Source: an uncultured Actinomycetota bacterium
GTDB lineage: Bacteria > Actinomycetota > Actinomycetes > JAHEKZ01
DNA length: 64,000 bases
NCBI GenBank assembly: GCA_963743915.1
Contig: CAVURN010000002.1
Location: 593,551 to 657,550 of the forward strand
Reading direction: 5' to 3'
Within the stretch, counting starts at the first letter, position 1, and each line of letters starts with the position of its first letter. The notes below the pieces were generated by a model, which saw only the letters and a program-made list of their open reading frames with translations, had not been told where the DNA came from and ran no database searches. The position numbers were made by a program, and so were the translations under genes. This document shows positions 30,267 through 40,101 of the stretch, in pieces.

Positions 30267-30757
30267 GGGAAGCCGCCGAGCCTAGCTTCGGCGTCAGCCA
30301 GGGACGCGAGGACCTTCTCGTACTCGTCGGGGTCTCGAGCATCGGGAATCGCGTTGACCACGGTGTACCGGACGACACCCTGCTTGTCGATGATGAACGT
30401 CCCACGCAACGGCGCTCCCGCGCCTCTCGTTGAAGACACCGTAGGCACGAGAGACCTCACCGTGCGGCCAGTGGTCGCTCAGCAGGCTGAAGGCGTACCC
30501 CTCACGCTCGGCGAAGATGCGGAGCGAGAACTTCGCGTCGCACGAGACCGCCAGCGTCACGGTCTCGTCGTTGTCGAAGGTGGCGATGCGCTCGTTGAGC
30601 TCGCACAGCTCGCCGGTGCACACCCCGGTGAAGGCCCACGGGTAGAAGACCAGGACCACGTTGCGTTCCGTCCTCGGAACGACGAGAGCGTGATCGGCTC
30701 GCCGTGCTGGTTGGGCAGGGTGAAGTCGGGTGCCGGCTGACCGACGTCGACAGGCAT
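30257..30757 (-). pseudogene. ahpE: AhpE-like 1-Cys peroxiredoxin, two frameshifts (about 30660 and about 30428)
   Basis: Three consecutive frames read MPVDVGQPAPDFTLPNQHGEPITLSSFRG / VVLVFYPWAFTGVCTGEL...LLSDHWPHGEVSRAYGVFNE / GAGAPLRGTFIIDKQGVVRY. The predicted 3' end overlaps the tRNA-Val 5' end by 10 nt. Confidence 0.85.
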
Positions 30758-30907
30758 GGCGTGACCTTCCGTGCGGGGGTTACTCGGCGAGTCAACCAGG
30801 AGGGGACCTTCGGCGCACGTCGGCGGGACCTAGGTCCTTGATCACTCAACCGTCGAAGGAGGACCCTCAGGACAAGAGCTTTTCGCATCTCACGTGAGGA
30901 GACGGAG

Positions 30908-31556
30908 ATGACCACCACCCACCACAGCGACCTGAGTGTCAGCACCAGTGAGCGCGGTTGGTACCACGACTTCACCATGGCGGCCGTCCACGAAGTACTG
31001 GGCGGCCGCTTCTCGCATCTTCATCGGGTTCGTGTTCCTGTGGGCATTCCTCGACAAGAACTTCGGGCTCGGCTACACCACCCAGAGCGAGGGAGCCTGG
31101 AACTTCGCCACCGGCGACGGAAGCCCGACTTTCGGCTTCCTCACCTTCGGCACCAACCCGGACGGCCCTTTCGCCGGCTTCTTCCAGAACCTCGGTGAGA
31201 GTGCCGGCGTGATGGGCGCAGAGGGCCCGACCCTCTACCCCGGATCCTGGGTCAACTGGGGCTTCATGCTCGCCCTGCTCGGTGTCGGCGTCGCGCTGAT
31301 GCTCGGCATCCTCGTCCGCATCAGCTCCATCGGCGGAGCCGTGCTGCTCGTCCTCATGTACCTGGCCGAGTGGCCGCTCAACGCGGTCGACCCCGAGACC
31401 GGATTCAACACCGCGAACAACCCGATCATGGACGACCACATCATCTACGCGGTCGTGATGATCATGCTGATGCTCTTCACCGCCGAGCGGACCATCGGAC
31501 TTGGCAAGTGGTGGGAGTCCACCAGCCTGGTCCAGCGCTTCCCCTGGCTCGCCTGA
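30908..31556 (+). pseudogene. DoxX family membrane protein, probable frameshift near 30980
   Basis: The ATG at 30908 has a strong RBS (GGAGACGGAG) and high GC3 for about 24 codons. The frame then switches (+1) to ...KYWAAASRIFIGFVFLWAFLDK of ORF 30936..31556. Confidence 0.7.
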
Positions 31557-31573
31557 CACCGTCCAACAACGCG

Positions 31574-31601
31574 AGGACCCCGTTCCACGGAGCGGGGTCT
31601 T
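31574..31601. terminator. hairpin between convergent DoxX and DUF3052 genes
   Basis: GACCCCG-ttccacggag-CGGGGTC, with partial extension of the stem. Confidence 0.5.
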
Positions 31602-31634
31602 CGACGTGGTGCTGCGGAGCTGCGGAGTGTGGAA

Positions 31635-32063
31635 TCAGCGTCCGAGCTTCGGAGCCACCAGACGGGTGCCCGCCCACTCCGGGGCGGCGCTCATGCTCTT
31701 GGTGGAGGACAACCCCGCCGTGCGGGCCGCCTCACCGATCTCGCTGGGCTCCACGTGGCCGTCCCGACCGGCCTTCGGGGTGAAGAGCCAGACCACCCCG
31801 CCGGACGTGATCGCCGAGAGCGCGTCGACGAGAGCATCCACGAGGTCACCGTCGTCATCGCGCCACCACAGCACGACGACGTCCGCCACGTCGTCGAACT
31901 CATCGCCCACCATGGGCGTGCCGAGGATCGTCTCGATCGCGGTGCGCAGTGTGGCGTCGCTGTCACCATCGGCCCCGATCTCGAGGACCACCTGTCCACT
32001 GGCGAAGCCCATGCGCTCGGCCTGGCCAGCAGACCCTTCGGCCGGCGCGTCACTCGCGCTCAC
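31635..32063 (-). CDS. DUF3052 domain-containing protein (Rv2239c-like)
   Basis: VVVLWWRDDDGDLVDALVDA and VWLFTPKAGRDGHVEPSEIGEAARTAGL. Confidence 0.85.
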   Translation of the reverse strand: MSASDAPAEGSAGQAERMGFASGQVVLEIGADGDSDATLRTAIETILGTPMVGDEFDDVADVVVLWWRDDDGDLVDALVDALSAITSGGVVWLFTPKAGRDGHVEPSEIGEAARTAGLSSTKSMSAAPEWAGTRLVAPKLGR

Positions 32064-32224
32064 GCGTACCCCTTCCCGATCGTTCCCGGGCTGTCACCCG
32101 AGGTCGTGACCGGTAGTCCATTACAGCGCGCGGCGACACGCAAGCACATCAGCCCATTTGTGTGGTGCGGCTGAGGGCAGAGAGTGAACCTGAGGGCGCC
32201 CCGGCAGCCGTGCCGGGGCAGCGA

Positions 32225-32422
32225 TCAGGCGGTTTCGGCGTCCACGTGGTGGACCACGGCGTCTGAACCGGGGAAGACCAGGCCCTCGTGACCGTCGTCG
32301 AAGCGGACCAGGAACGGGGGCGTCCCTCCCTCGCCACGCACCTCGAGGATCTCCGCGGTGCGGTCGGGCTCACCGACGTGATGGGATTTCAGGATGAGTG
32401 TCTCGCCGATCTTGGCGTGCAT
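32225..32422 (-). CDS. DUF1918 domain-containing protein (65 aa)
   Basis: MHAKIGETLILKSHHVGEPDRTAEILEVRGEGGTPPFLVRFDDGHEGLVFPGSDAVV; RBS GGAGGGAGG. It is embedded in a 799-aa shadow ORF antisense to aceE. Confidence 0.85.
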   Translation of the reverse strand: MHAKIGETLILKSHHVGEPDRTAEILEVRGEGGTPPFLVRFDDGHEGLVFPGSDAVVHHVDAETA

Positions 32423-32566
32423 GGCGGCCTCCCTCCGGACTCCGAGTGCCTCCACCCTGTCAAAGCAGGCCGCCCGGGGGAAGGGACCTTCGGCGGGGAG
32501 CAGTCGCGTCCGCGAGCGTAGGCTGGCCGGAGCAGCTGTTCCCGCACGAAGTGAGGCGATATCAGC

Positions 32567-35303
32567 GTGGAGACCGGACGCGAGCGCACCCCCCTGATCA
32601 GCAGCGGTCTGCCGACCCAGCTGGTGGACGTCGACCCTGAGGAGACACAGGAGTGGCGTGACTCGCTCGACGACGTCATCGACACCCAGGGTGCTTACCG
32701 CGCCCGCTACGTCATGCTCAGCCTGCTCCAACGCGCCCGGGAGCGGAACGTCGGAGTTCCCTCGCTGCGCGCCACCGACTACATCAACACCATTCCGCCG
32801 GAGCAGGAGCCGTGGTTCCCGGGCGACGAGTGGATGGAGCAGCGCATCCGTGCCTACGTCCGCTGGAACGCGGCGATCATGGTGCACCGCGCCCAGCGCC
32901 CGGGGGTCGGCGTCGGCGGACACATCTCGACCTACGCGTCCAGCGCCTACCTCTACGAGGTGGGCTTCAACCACTTCTTCCGCGGCCCGGACGCCCCCGG
33001 GGGCGGCGACCAGATCTTCTTCCAGGGACACGCGTCGCCCGGCATCTATGCGCGCGCGTTCCTCGAGGGGCGGTTGGACGAGAACCGGATGGACGGGTTC
33101 CGGCAGGAACTGTCCCACCCGGGGGGTGGCCTGCCGTCGTATCCGCACCCGCGCCTCATGCCCGACTTCTGGCAGTTCCCCACGGTGTCGATGGGTCTCG
33201 GTCCGATCAACGCCATCTACCAGGCCCAGTTCAACCGGTACCTGCACAACCGCGGCATCAAGGACACCTCCGAGCAGCATGTCTGGGCGTTCCTCGGGGA
33301 CGGTGAGATGGACGAGGTCGAGTCGCTGGGGCCGATCGGGCTCGCCGCGCGCGAGGAGCTGGACAACCTCACGTTCGTCATCAACTGCAACCTGCAGCGT
33401 CTGGACGGCCCTGTCCGCGGCAACGGCAAGATCATCCAAGAGCTCGAGGCCTTCTTCCGCGGCGCCGGCTGGAACGTCATCAAGGTGGTGTGGGGTCGCA
33501 AGTGGGACGAGCTGCTTGCTCAGGACGCCGACGGCGCGCTCGTGAACCTGATGAACGTCACGCCCGACGGAGACTTCCAGACCTACAAGTCCGAGAACGG
33601 TGCCTTCGTCCGCGAGCACTTCTTCGGCCGCGACCCGCGGACGCGCAAGATGGTCGAGGACTGGACCGACGACGAGATCTGGTCGCTGCAGCGCGGCGGG
33701 CACGACTACCGCAAGCTGTACGCCGCCTATCACTCTGCTCTCGAGCACAAGGGGCAGCCGACCGTGATCCTGGCCAAGACCATCAAGGGGTGGACGCTGG
33801 GCTCGCACTTCGAGGGTCGCAACTCGACGCACCAGATGAAGAAGCTGACCCTCGACGACCTCAAGGGCTTCCGTGACCGGTTGAAGATCCCGATCGACGA
33901 CGCCGACCTCGACGCCAAGCTGCCGCCCTACTACCGACCGGGCGAGGACAGCGACACCACCCGGTACCTGCACGAGCGCCGTCAGGCCCTGGGCGGCTCG
34001 ATCCCACAGCGACGTACCGAGAGCCGTCCGCTCGTGCTCCCGGGTGACCTCGCCTACGACGTGGCGAAGCGGGGCGCCGGCAAGCAGCAGGTGGCCACCA
34101 CCATGGCCTTCGTCCGACTGCTCAAGGACCTGCTCAAGGACCCGGAGATCGGCCCTCGCATCGTGCCGATCATCCCGGACGAGGCGCGCACCTTCGGCAT
34201 GGACGCCATGTTCCCGGTGCAGAAGATCTACAACCCGCACGGCCAGACCTACGTCTCGGTCGACCGCGAGCTGATGCTGTCGTACAAGGAGGCCACCGAC
34301 GGCCAGCTGCTGCACCAGGGCATCAACGAAGCCGGCTCGACGGCGTCCTTCATCGCAGCGGGCACGTCGTACTCGACGCACGACGAGCCGATGATCCCCG
34401 TCTACATCTTCTACTCGATGTTCGGATTCCAGCGCACCGCGTGACGCGCTCTGGGGTGCGGGCGACCAGATGACCCGCGGGTTCCTGATCGGCGCGACCG
34501 CCGGACGCACCACGCTCAACGGCGAAGGCCTGCAGCACGAGGACGGCCACTCGCACCTGCTCGCTGCCACCAACCCGGCCGTGATGGCGTACGACCCCGC
34601 GTACGCCTTCGAGATCGGGCACATCGTCAGGGACGGACTCCGCCGGATGTACGGCGAGGACTCCGAGAACGTCTTCTACTACCTGACGATGTACAACGAA
34701 CCGATCGACCAGCCGGCCGAGCCAGAGGGGCTCGACGTCGACGGACTGCTCCGTGGCATGTACCGGTACCGACCGGCCGAGGCCGAGGGAACCGCGTCCG
34801 CGCAGATTCTGGCGAGTGGCTCGGCCATGCCGGGCGCGTTGCGGGCACAGCAGCTGCTGGCTGACGACTGGGGCGTTGCCGCCGACGTGTGGTCGGTCAC
34901 GTCGTGGGTCGAGCTCCACCGCGACGGCCTGCGCACTGACGACGCCAACCTGCTCGATCCCGTGTCTGAGCCGAAGCAGGCGTACGTGACCCGCCGGCTG
35001 GGCGACGCGTCCGGTCCGGTCGTCGCGGTCTCGGACTACCAACGAGCCGTCCAGGAGCTGATCCGCCCCTGGGTTCCCGGCGACTACGTCACCCTGGGCA
35101 CCGACGGTTACGGACTGTCCGACACCCGCGGCGCGCTGCGGCGGCACTTCCGCATCGATGCCGAGTCGATCACCGTGCGGACGCTGCAGGAGCTCGCGCG
35201 GCGCGGCGAGGTCAAGCGCGAGGTGGTCAAGGAGGCATTCGACCGCTACCGGCTCGACGACCCGCGCGCCGCCGACCCTGGCGCCGGCATGGGCGACGCC
35301 TGA
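32567..35303 (+). pseudogene. aceE: pyruvate dehydrogenase E1 component (homodimeric AceE type), one frameshift at about 34438
   Basis: ORF 32567..34444 ends ...[11 protein letters not shown]. Removing one C from accgCgtgac restores [41 protein letters not shown], which continues into ORF 34470..35303. The 2737 nt is 912 codons plus 1. Confidence 0.92.
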
Positions 35304-35305
35304 CG

Positions 35306-36142
35306 ATGAGCAAGAACCTGGCGACGCCTCCGGACCGCGAGGACGACGCGTCCAAGCTCGACAAGAAGCTGTACGAGCGCGAGCTCTACCGGCTGCAGAC
35401 CGAGCTGGCGAAGGTGCAGGAGTGGACGCGCTCGACGGGCCAGCGCGTCGTCATCATCTTCGAGGGCAGGGACGCCGCCGGCAAAGGTGGCGCCATCAAG
35501 CGGATCACCCAGTACCTGAACCCGCGCATCGCCCGCATCGTCGCCCTTCCCTCCCCCACCGAACGGCAACGCACCCAGTGGTACTTCCAGCGGTACATCG
35601 AGCACCTGCCAGCGGCCGGCGAGATCGTCCTGTTCGACCGCAGCTGGTACAACCGCGCCGGCGTCGAGCGGGTGATGGAGTTCTGCACCTACGACGAGTA
35701 CCGACGCTTCCTGCACCAGACGCCCATCTTCGAGCGGATGCTCGTCGAGGAGGGGATTCAGCTGCGCAAGTACTGGTTCAGCGTGAGCAACGAGGAGCAG
35801 GAGCGTCGGTTCCACTCGCGTCTCGATGATCCCCTCCGCCGCTGGAAGCTGTCGCCGATGGACGTCGAGTCGATCCGACGCTGGGAGGACTACTCGCGGG
35901 CGAAGGACGAGATGTTCGTCCACACCGACATCCACGAGGCGCCGTGGTTCGTCGTCGAGGCCGACGACAAGCGCAGGGCGCGGATCAACATGATCGCCCA
36001 CCTGATCTCGACGCTCCCGTACGGCGAGACCGAACCGGCTCCGATCAAGCTTCCTCGCCGTCCGGCTCCCACCGGCTACCAGCGACCGGGCAAGGAGCAC
36101 TTCTCCTACGTGCCCGACCACGCCGCGACCCTCACCTCCTGA
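35306..36142 (+). CDS. ppk2: polyphosphate kinase 2
   Basis: FEGRDAAGKGGAIKRITQYLNPR, FDRSWYNRAGVERV and WKLSPMD. Confidence 0.92.
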   Translation: MSKNLATPPDREDDASKLDKKLYERELYRLQTELAKVQEWTRSTGQRVVIIFEGRDAAGKGGAIKRITQYLNPRIARIVALPSPTERQRTQWYFQRYIEHLPAAGEIVLFDRSWYNRAGVERVMEFCTYDEYRRFLHQTPIFERMLVEEGIQLRKYWFSVSNEEQERRFHSRLDDPLRRWKLSPMDVESIRRWEDYSRAKDEMFVHTDIHEAPWFVVEADDKRRARINMIAHLISTLPYGETEPAPIKLPRRPAPTGYQRPGKEHFSYVPDHAATLTS

Positions 36143-36278
36143 GGCGCATGGGCCGAGCCAGCCCGAAGCAGCGCCCAGTTCAGGGCGTAGGTCGAGGCGG
36201 ATCATCTCGGCCCGCTGCGACCGGTCCTCCTTTGGGCGCAGCGTGACATCTCATCGAGAGGTAGTCGCGCGCCCGACT

Positions 36279-36309
36279 ATTTACTACACTCTGCTACATC
36301 AAAAATATT
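36279..36309 (+). promoter_or_regulatory. AT-rich promoter/operator-like motif, copy A (upstream of cupin gene)
   Basis: ATTTACTACACTCTGCTACATCAAAAATATT, 35 nt upstream of the ATG at 36344. About 24/31 identical to the reverse complement of 39681..39712. Confidence 0.55.
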
Positions 36310-36343
36310 CAGGCACCGTCGTCGATGGAGGAAGGGATACGTC

Positions 36344-36676
36344 ATGGACAAGCTCTCCCTGGACGCCGTCGCACACGAACACCTGAAGATTTCCCACGAA
36401 GCCACGAGCGGCCGTAGCGGCGAAACGGTCTACGGCAGTCACGAACGACTCCTGCGCCAGACCCTCATCGCTTTGACCACCGGCACCACAATGGCCGAGC
36501 ACGAGAGCCCTGGTGAAGCCACGTTGCTCGTGGTCGCTGGACACGTCCGGCTGTCTTCCGCCGACGACGAGTGTGAGGGCCTGCCCGGAGACCTGATCGC
36601 GATACCCCCAGCACGGCACACCCTCGAAGCGCTCACAGACTCTGCCGTCCTACTCACCGTGGCCAAGGACAGATGA
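36344..36676 (+). CDS. cupin domain-containing protein
   Basis: 110 aa with HESPGEATLLVVAGHVRL...GDLIAIPPARHTLEA; RBS GGAGGAAGGG. Confidence 0.75.
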   Translation: MDKLSLDAVAHEHLKISHEATSGRSGETVYGSHERLLRQTLIALTTGTTMAEHESPGEATLLVVAGHVRLSSADDECEGLPGDLIAIPPARHTLEALTDSAVLLTVAKDR

Positions 36677-36987
36677 CAATGCCCAAGCACACCAGCGGCC
36701 AACATTGTGATCACGCGGATCTGGGCCGTATCCACGAAGCCCTCAACGAGACCTACTCCGAGACTCTCACCGATGTGCGCAACAAGGCCGAGGGTCTTGA
36801 CCGGGCAGCATGCGGTCCACACCTGACCCACCTTGCCGAACTCGCTGCCGCCGCTGCTGCCGGTGGCGCCTCGGCCAGCACATGGCGTGACGACATCCTT
36901 GCCAACGCCGGTCCGTCGGCGGCCGGCCCTCTCGATGCCGCCGAGGCCTGCATGCGCCAATCCGGTCTCTGGCCCTGGAATCCCTGA
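36673..36987 (+). CDS. hypothetical protein (104 aa, Cys/His-containing)
   Basis: ATGA overlap with the cupin stop. Codons mostly end in C/T or G. No family recognised. Confidence 0.5.
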   Translation: MTMPKHTSGQHCDHADLGRIHEALNETYSETLTDVRNKAEGLDRAACGPHLTHLAELAAAAAAGGASASTWRDDILANAGPSAAGPLDAAEACMRQSGLWPWNP

Positions 36988-37047
36988 GTGACCGCTTCAC
37001 CTCACGGTGGTCAAACCCTGACCAGGTAAATACTGAGAAGGAGTCCC

Positions 37048-38286
37048 ATGGAGCAGCACACCATGGTGATCGTTGGCGCGGGTCTGGCCGGGGCCAGGGC
37101 CGCGCAGACGCTGCGTGACGAGGGCCACGACGGGCGCATCCTGCTGGTTGGTGACGAACCGGAACGACCCTACGCGCGGCCCGACCTCTCCAAGGGATAC
37201 CTCCTGGGGACCGCGACACGAGACTCGCTCTACGTCCACGCCGAGGGTTGGTACACCGAGAACGATGTGGACCTACGCACGGAAACAAGAGTCACTGACC
37301 TTGACCTCGCCACCCGTGAGGTAGTGCTCGACGACGGTGAACGCATCGGGTTCGAGGCTGCCCTACTCACGACCGGATCGTCTCCCCGGAAGATCACCGT
37401 GCCAGGGGCGGGGCTCGCCGGCGTCCACTACCTGCGTCGCCTGTCCGACTCCGACGCGTTGCGTTCGGCCATGACCGGTGAGGTTCGGCGGGTCGTCGTG
37501 ATCGGAGGTGGCTGGATCGGGCTCGAGGTTGCGGCGGCCGCACGTACCCTTGGTCACGACGTCACCGTCATCGAGCCGCAAGCGATGGTGCTCCGTGGAC
37601 CATTGGGCGACGAGCTCGGTGCCGTGTTCGCCGACCTTCACCGCACCAACGGCGTACGACTGCTACTAGGCGTCGGCGCCACCGAGCTCCGTGGCCAGTC
37701 CGGAGTCGCCACGACAGTAGTCACGACGGCCGAAGAGGAGATCCGGGCCGACCTGATCGTCGTCGGTGTCGGTGCGAGCCCCAACACCGATCTAGCCCAA
37801 CGCGCCGGCCTCTCCGTGGACAACGGCGTGACCGCCGACGAGTCGCTGCGCACATCCCACCCAGACGTCTTCGTTGCAGGGGACATTGCAAACGCCTTGC
37901 ACCCTGTGTTTCGTCGTCCACTGCGGGTAGAGCACTGGTCGAACGCGCTCCACTCCGGTCCGGCCGCAGCTCGGTCGATGCTCGGGCATCAGGTCAGCTA
38001 CGACCGGATCCCGTACTTCTATACCGACCAGTTCGACCTCGGGATGGAGTACTCCGGCGACACTGGACCCGCTGGCCACGACCGGATCGTCTACCGGGGT
38101 GAACCAGGCTCCGGGGCCTTTATCGCTTTCTGGCTCCGCGATGAACGGGTTGTCGCCGGGATGAACGTCAACGTCTGGGACGTGGCCGACTCGATCCAAG
38201 GTCTCATCCGCTCCGGCGCAGCTGTCAACGCGTCGGCCCTGGCCGACCCGGACGTGCCGCTCGACGACGTTACTCAGTCGAGATAG
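37048..38286 (+). CDS. NAD(P)/FAD-dependent oxidoreductase (ferredoxin-reductase type)
   Basis: VIVGAGLAGARAAQTLR, VVVIGGGWIGLEVAAA, DVFVAGDIA and the reductase C-terminal domain YFYTDQFDLGMEY. Confidence 0.88.
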   Translation: MEQHTMVIVGAGLAGARAAQTLRDEGHDGRILLVGDEPERPYARPDLSKGYLLGTATRDSLYVHAEGWYTENDVDLRTETRVTDLDLATREVVLDDGERIGFEAALLTTGSSPRKITVPGAGLAGVHYLRRLSDSDALRSAMTGEVRRVVVIGGGWIGLEVAAAARTLGHDVTVIEPQAMVLRGPLGDELGAVFADLHRTNGVRLLLGVGATELRGQSGVATTVVTTAEEEIRADLIVVGVGASPNTDLAQRAGLSVDNGVTADESLRTSHPDVFVAGDIANALHPVFRRPLRVEHWSNALHSGPAAARSMLGHQVSYDRIPYFYTDQFDLGMEYSGDTGPAGHDRIVYRGEPGSGAFIAFWLRDERVVAGMNVNVWDVADSIQGLIRSGAAVNASALADPDVPLDDVTQSR

Positions 38287-38317
38287 CCACAACGCGACTT
38301 GGTCTGCCCGAACCCTT

Positions 38318-38689
38318 TCAACTGCTGGACTCGTTCAAGAGGTCGACGAGAACCTTCGCATGACTGATCTCCGCCTGCTTGGTGGCCGTGAGCAGGGTGA
38401 GGTTCTTGCGTGTGGCAAGGGCACGCAGGTGATCGAAGGCCGCGGCGCGCTCGGGCTCATCGAGTTCTACTAGATACCGATCGCGGAACTGCCCGAACAA
38501 CTCACGATCATGGCCATACCAGGTACGAAGCTCCGTCGAAGGCGCAACGGCTTTGCACCACTCGTCGAGGTCAGCCTTCTCCTTGGACAGGCCCCGTGGC
38601 CAAATCCGGTCAACCAGAACCCGGGATCCATCGCCTGCCCGACGCTCGTCGTAGGCGTGTCCAACCCGGATCGTGTGCAGATCTGCCAT
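38318..38689 (-). CDS. DUF488 family protein
   Basis: VLVDRIWPRGLSKEKADLDEWCKAVAPSTELRTWYGHD and LTLLTATK. The ATG at 38689 was chosen; the track ORF extends to 38785. Confidence 0.82.
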   Translation of the reverse strand: MADLHTIRVGHAYDERRAGDGSRVLVDRIWPRGLSKEKADLDEWCKAVAPSTELRTWYGHDRELFGQFRDRYLVELDEPERAAAFDHLRALATRKNLTLLTATKQAEISHAKVLVDLLNESSS

Positions 38690-38996
38690 TGGTGAGCAAG
38701 CGTACGCGTCGCCAGACGTACTACCTTCTAGGCATCGCCTGGTCCTCGCTTCGGGGGTGATCGCGTCGGCGTCCCTCGGATTCAAGAATCACGTCTTCCT
38801 CGAACTGCTCACCTGTTCCGTGGGCGAAGTCATGGGACGTGGCGGCTACGAGTCTGTAGCGCGAACCCGATCAGCAGGGCAGACATCAACGGGTCGGCCG
38901 CAGTAACTGCCTGCTCCTAGCTGGGTTCCACCGCAACGAAGACGAGAAGCCAGAGAGCGACTATCGCCCCGACATGCAGGTGCCATGGCGCTCGCT

Positions 38997-39692
38997 TCAC
39001 GTGGCCACCCGGCGGGCGGCCGGGTGCATTCGGAGCCGACAGGCACCTGGTTCAGCGAAGGGAAGCAGCTCGGCACCCTCTGGATCTCCCCCCAACTCGG
39101 CCAAAGCGCCACGGACGATGCCGAGATGCACCGGACAGACCACGTCTGGTTGCGCACGTGCGGCGTCGAGCAGAGGGCACCTGATCAGCTGGGCGCTCGT
39201 CGCTCGCGAATCGGGTCGCGGAGCAAACCCGAGTCCTTCGAGGAGATCGATGACCGCACGCCGAGCGCGCGCAGGCGTCCCCGCTGAGGCGCCAGCAACC
39301 AAGACCTTGCCCCAAGCCTCACCGGCACTTATCGCATCCGAACGGGGGTTCACACTGCTTCTTGACAGCTGACCGGCAAGTGCAGTGGCCAATCCGGCGT
39401 AGTCGCGGACGCGGTGGTCCGGTTCGGTGTTCTGGATGGCAGCCGCGTATACCCATGCTGGACGACCGCGGCCATTGGCGGCCGAGCGCTCGCGGGTAAC
39501 AAGTCGGCGCTCAACGAGCGCATCGAGGTGCTTTCGCACCGTGTTGGCGTGAAGATCCAGTTGGGTCGCCAGCGCGCCGACCGTCGTTGCCGAATCAGAC
39601 CGCTGCAGCTCCTCCAGAACTCGAGATCGCTGCGGGGACAGGGACGCGTGACCCACATCATGCCGAGTTGGTGCAGGACCCATTATTTTCAC
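38997..39692 (-). CDS. ArsR-like winged-HTH transcriptional regulator with a Cys-containing C-terminal domain
   Basis: RSRVLEELQRSDSATTVGALATQLDLHANTVRKHLDALVERRLV, then RCPLLDAARAQPDVVCPVHLG...PGACRL (CX13C...C). Start is the GTG at 39692 or the ATG at 39683. Confidence 0.8.
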   Translation of the reverse strand: MKIMGPAPTRHDVGHASLSPQRSRVLEELQRSDSATTVGALATQLDLHANTVRKHLDALVERRLVTRERSAANGRGRPAWVYAAAIQNTEPDHRVRDYAGLATALAGQLSRSSVNPRSDAISAGEAWGKVLVAGASAGTPARARRAVIDLLEGLGFAPRPDSRATSAQLIRCPLLDAARAQPDVVCPVHLGIVRGALAELGGDPEGAELLPFAEPGACRLRMHPAARRVAT

Positions 39693-39712
39693 GTATCACA
39701 GTGTAGTAAATT
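39681..39712 (-). promoter_or_regulatory. AT-rich promoter/operator-like motif, copy B (at the regulator start, facing the hemerythrin gene)
   Basis: The reverse complement AATTTACTACACTGTGATACGTGAAAATAATG shares the 11-nt core TTTACTACACT and the downstream TG.TAC.T.AAAA with copy A. Its last 3 nt are the regulator's candidate ATG. Confidence 0.55.
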
Positions 39713-39754
39713 GAGCTCAAAAGACACACACCAGACGCACGGAAAGAGATTTCC

Positions 39755-40101
39755 ATGGCAACGGAGGATGACGCCGAAGCAATCGACGCAGTTGTCGTCC
39801 ATCACGCCGTTTTCGCCGAGGCACTCACTGCCCGCGTTGCGGCGCTGACGAGGAGCGAGGACTGTTCGCCGAGCTGCGCCTGGACTCTGAGTTCACCGCG
39901 CACGTCGATGCGCTGTGCACCGAGCATCGCACAATCGAGGACCTCTTGACCCGAGTGTCTCGGGGTGATCTCGGGGCAGGCGAAGCCCTGGAGAAACCTC
40001 TTCGACGCCACATCGTCAAGGAGGAGAACGGCGTATTCCCGGCTGCCGCGATCGCCCTCGACTGCGCGGCCTGGGACAGATTGGACGTTCTCGGATCGTG
40101 A
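39755..40101 (+). pseudogene. hemerythrin-like (HHE cation-binding) protein, -1 frameshift near 39847
   Basis: The first frame reads MATEDDAEAIDAVVVHHAVFAEALTARVAAL, then stops early. The -1 frame reads DEERGLFAELRLDSEFTAHVDALCTEHRTIEDLL...LRRHIVKEENGVFPAAA...LGS* and ends in a GTGA overlap with the next gene. This frame is not in the ORF track because it has no start codon. Confidence 0.65.

Noticed and set aside
32225-34624. 799-aa ORF on the minus strand, the longest ORF in the track.
   Set aside because: It is antisense to aceE and has a low-complexity Arg/Ala/Gly/Val-rich composition typical of high-GC shadow frames. Only its last 65 codons (DUF1918, 32225..32422) look genuine.
30191-36240. 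tRNA-Val as an integration site for a genomic island or prophage.
   Set aside because: No integrase, excisionase, direct repeat of the tRNA 3' end or phage genes follow it. The flanking genes (ahpE, DUF3052, aceE) are conserved backbone. The lower-GC island begins 6 kb away and also lacks mobility genes.
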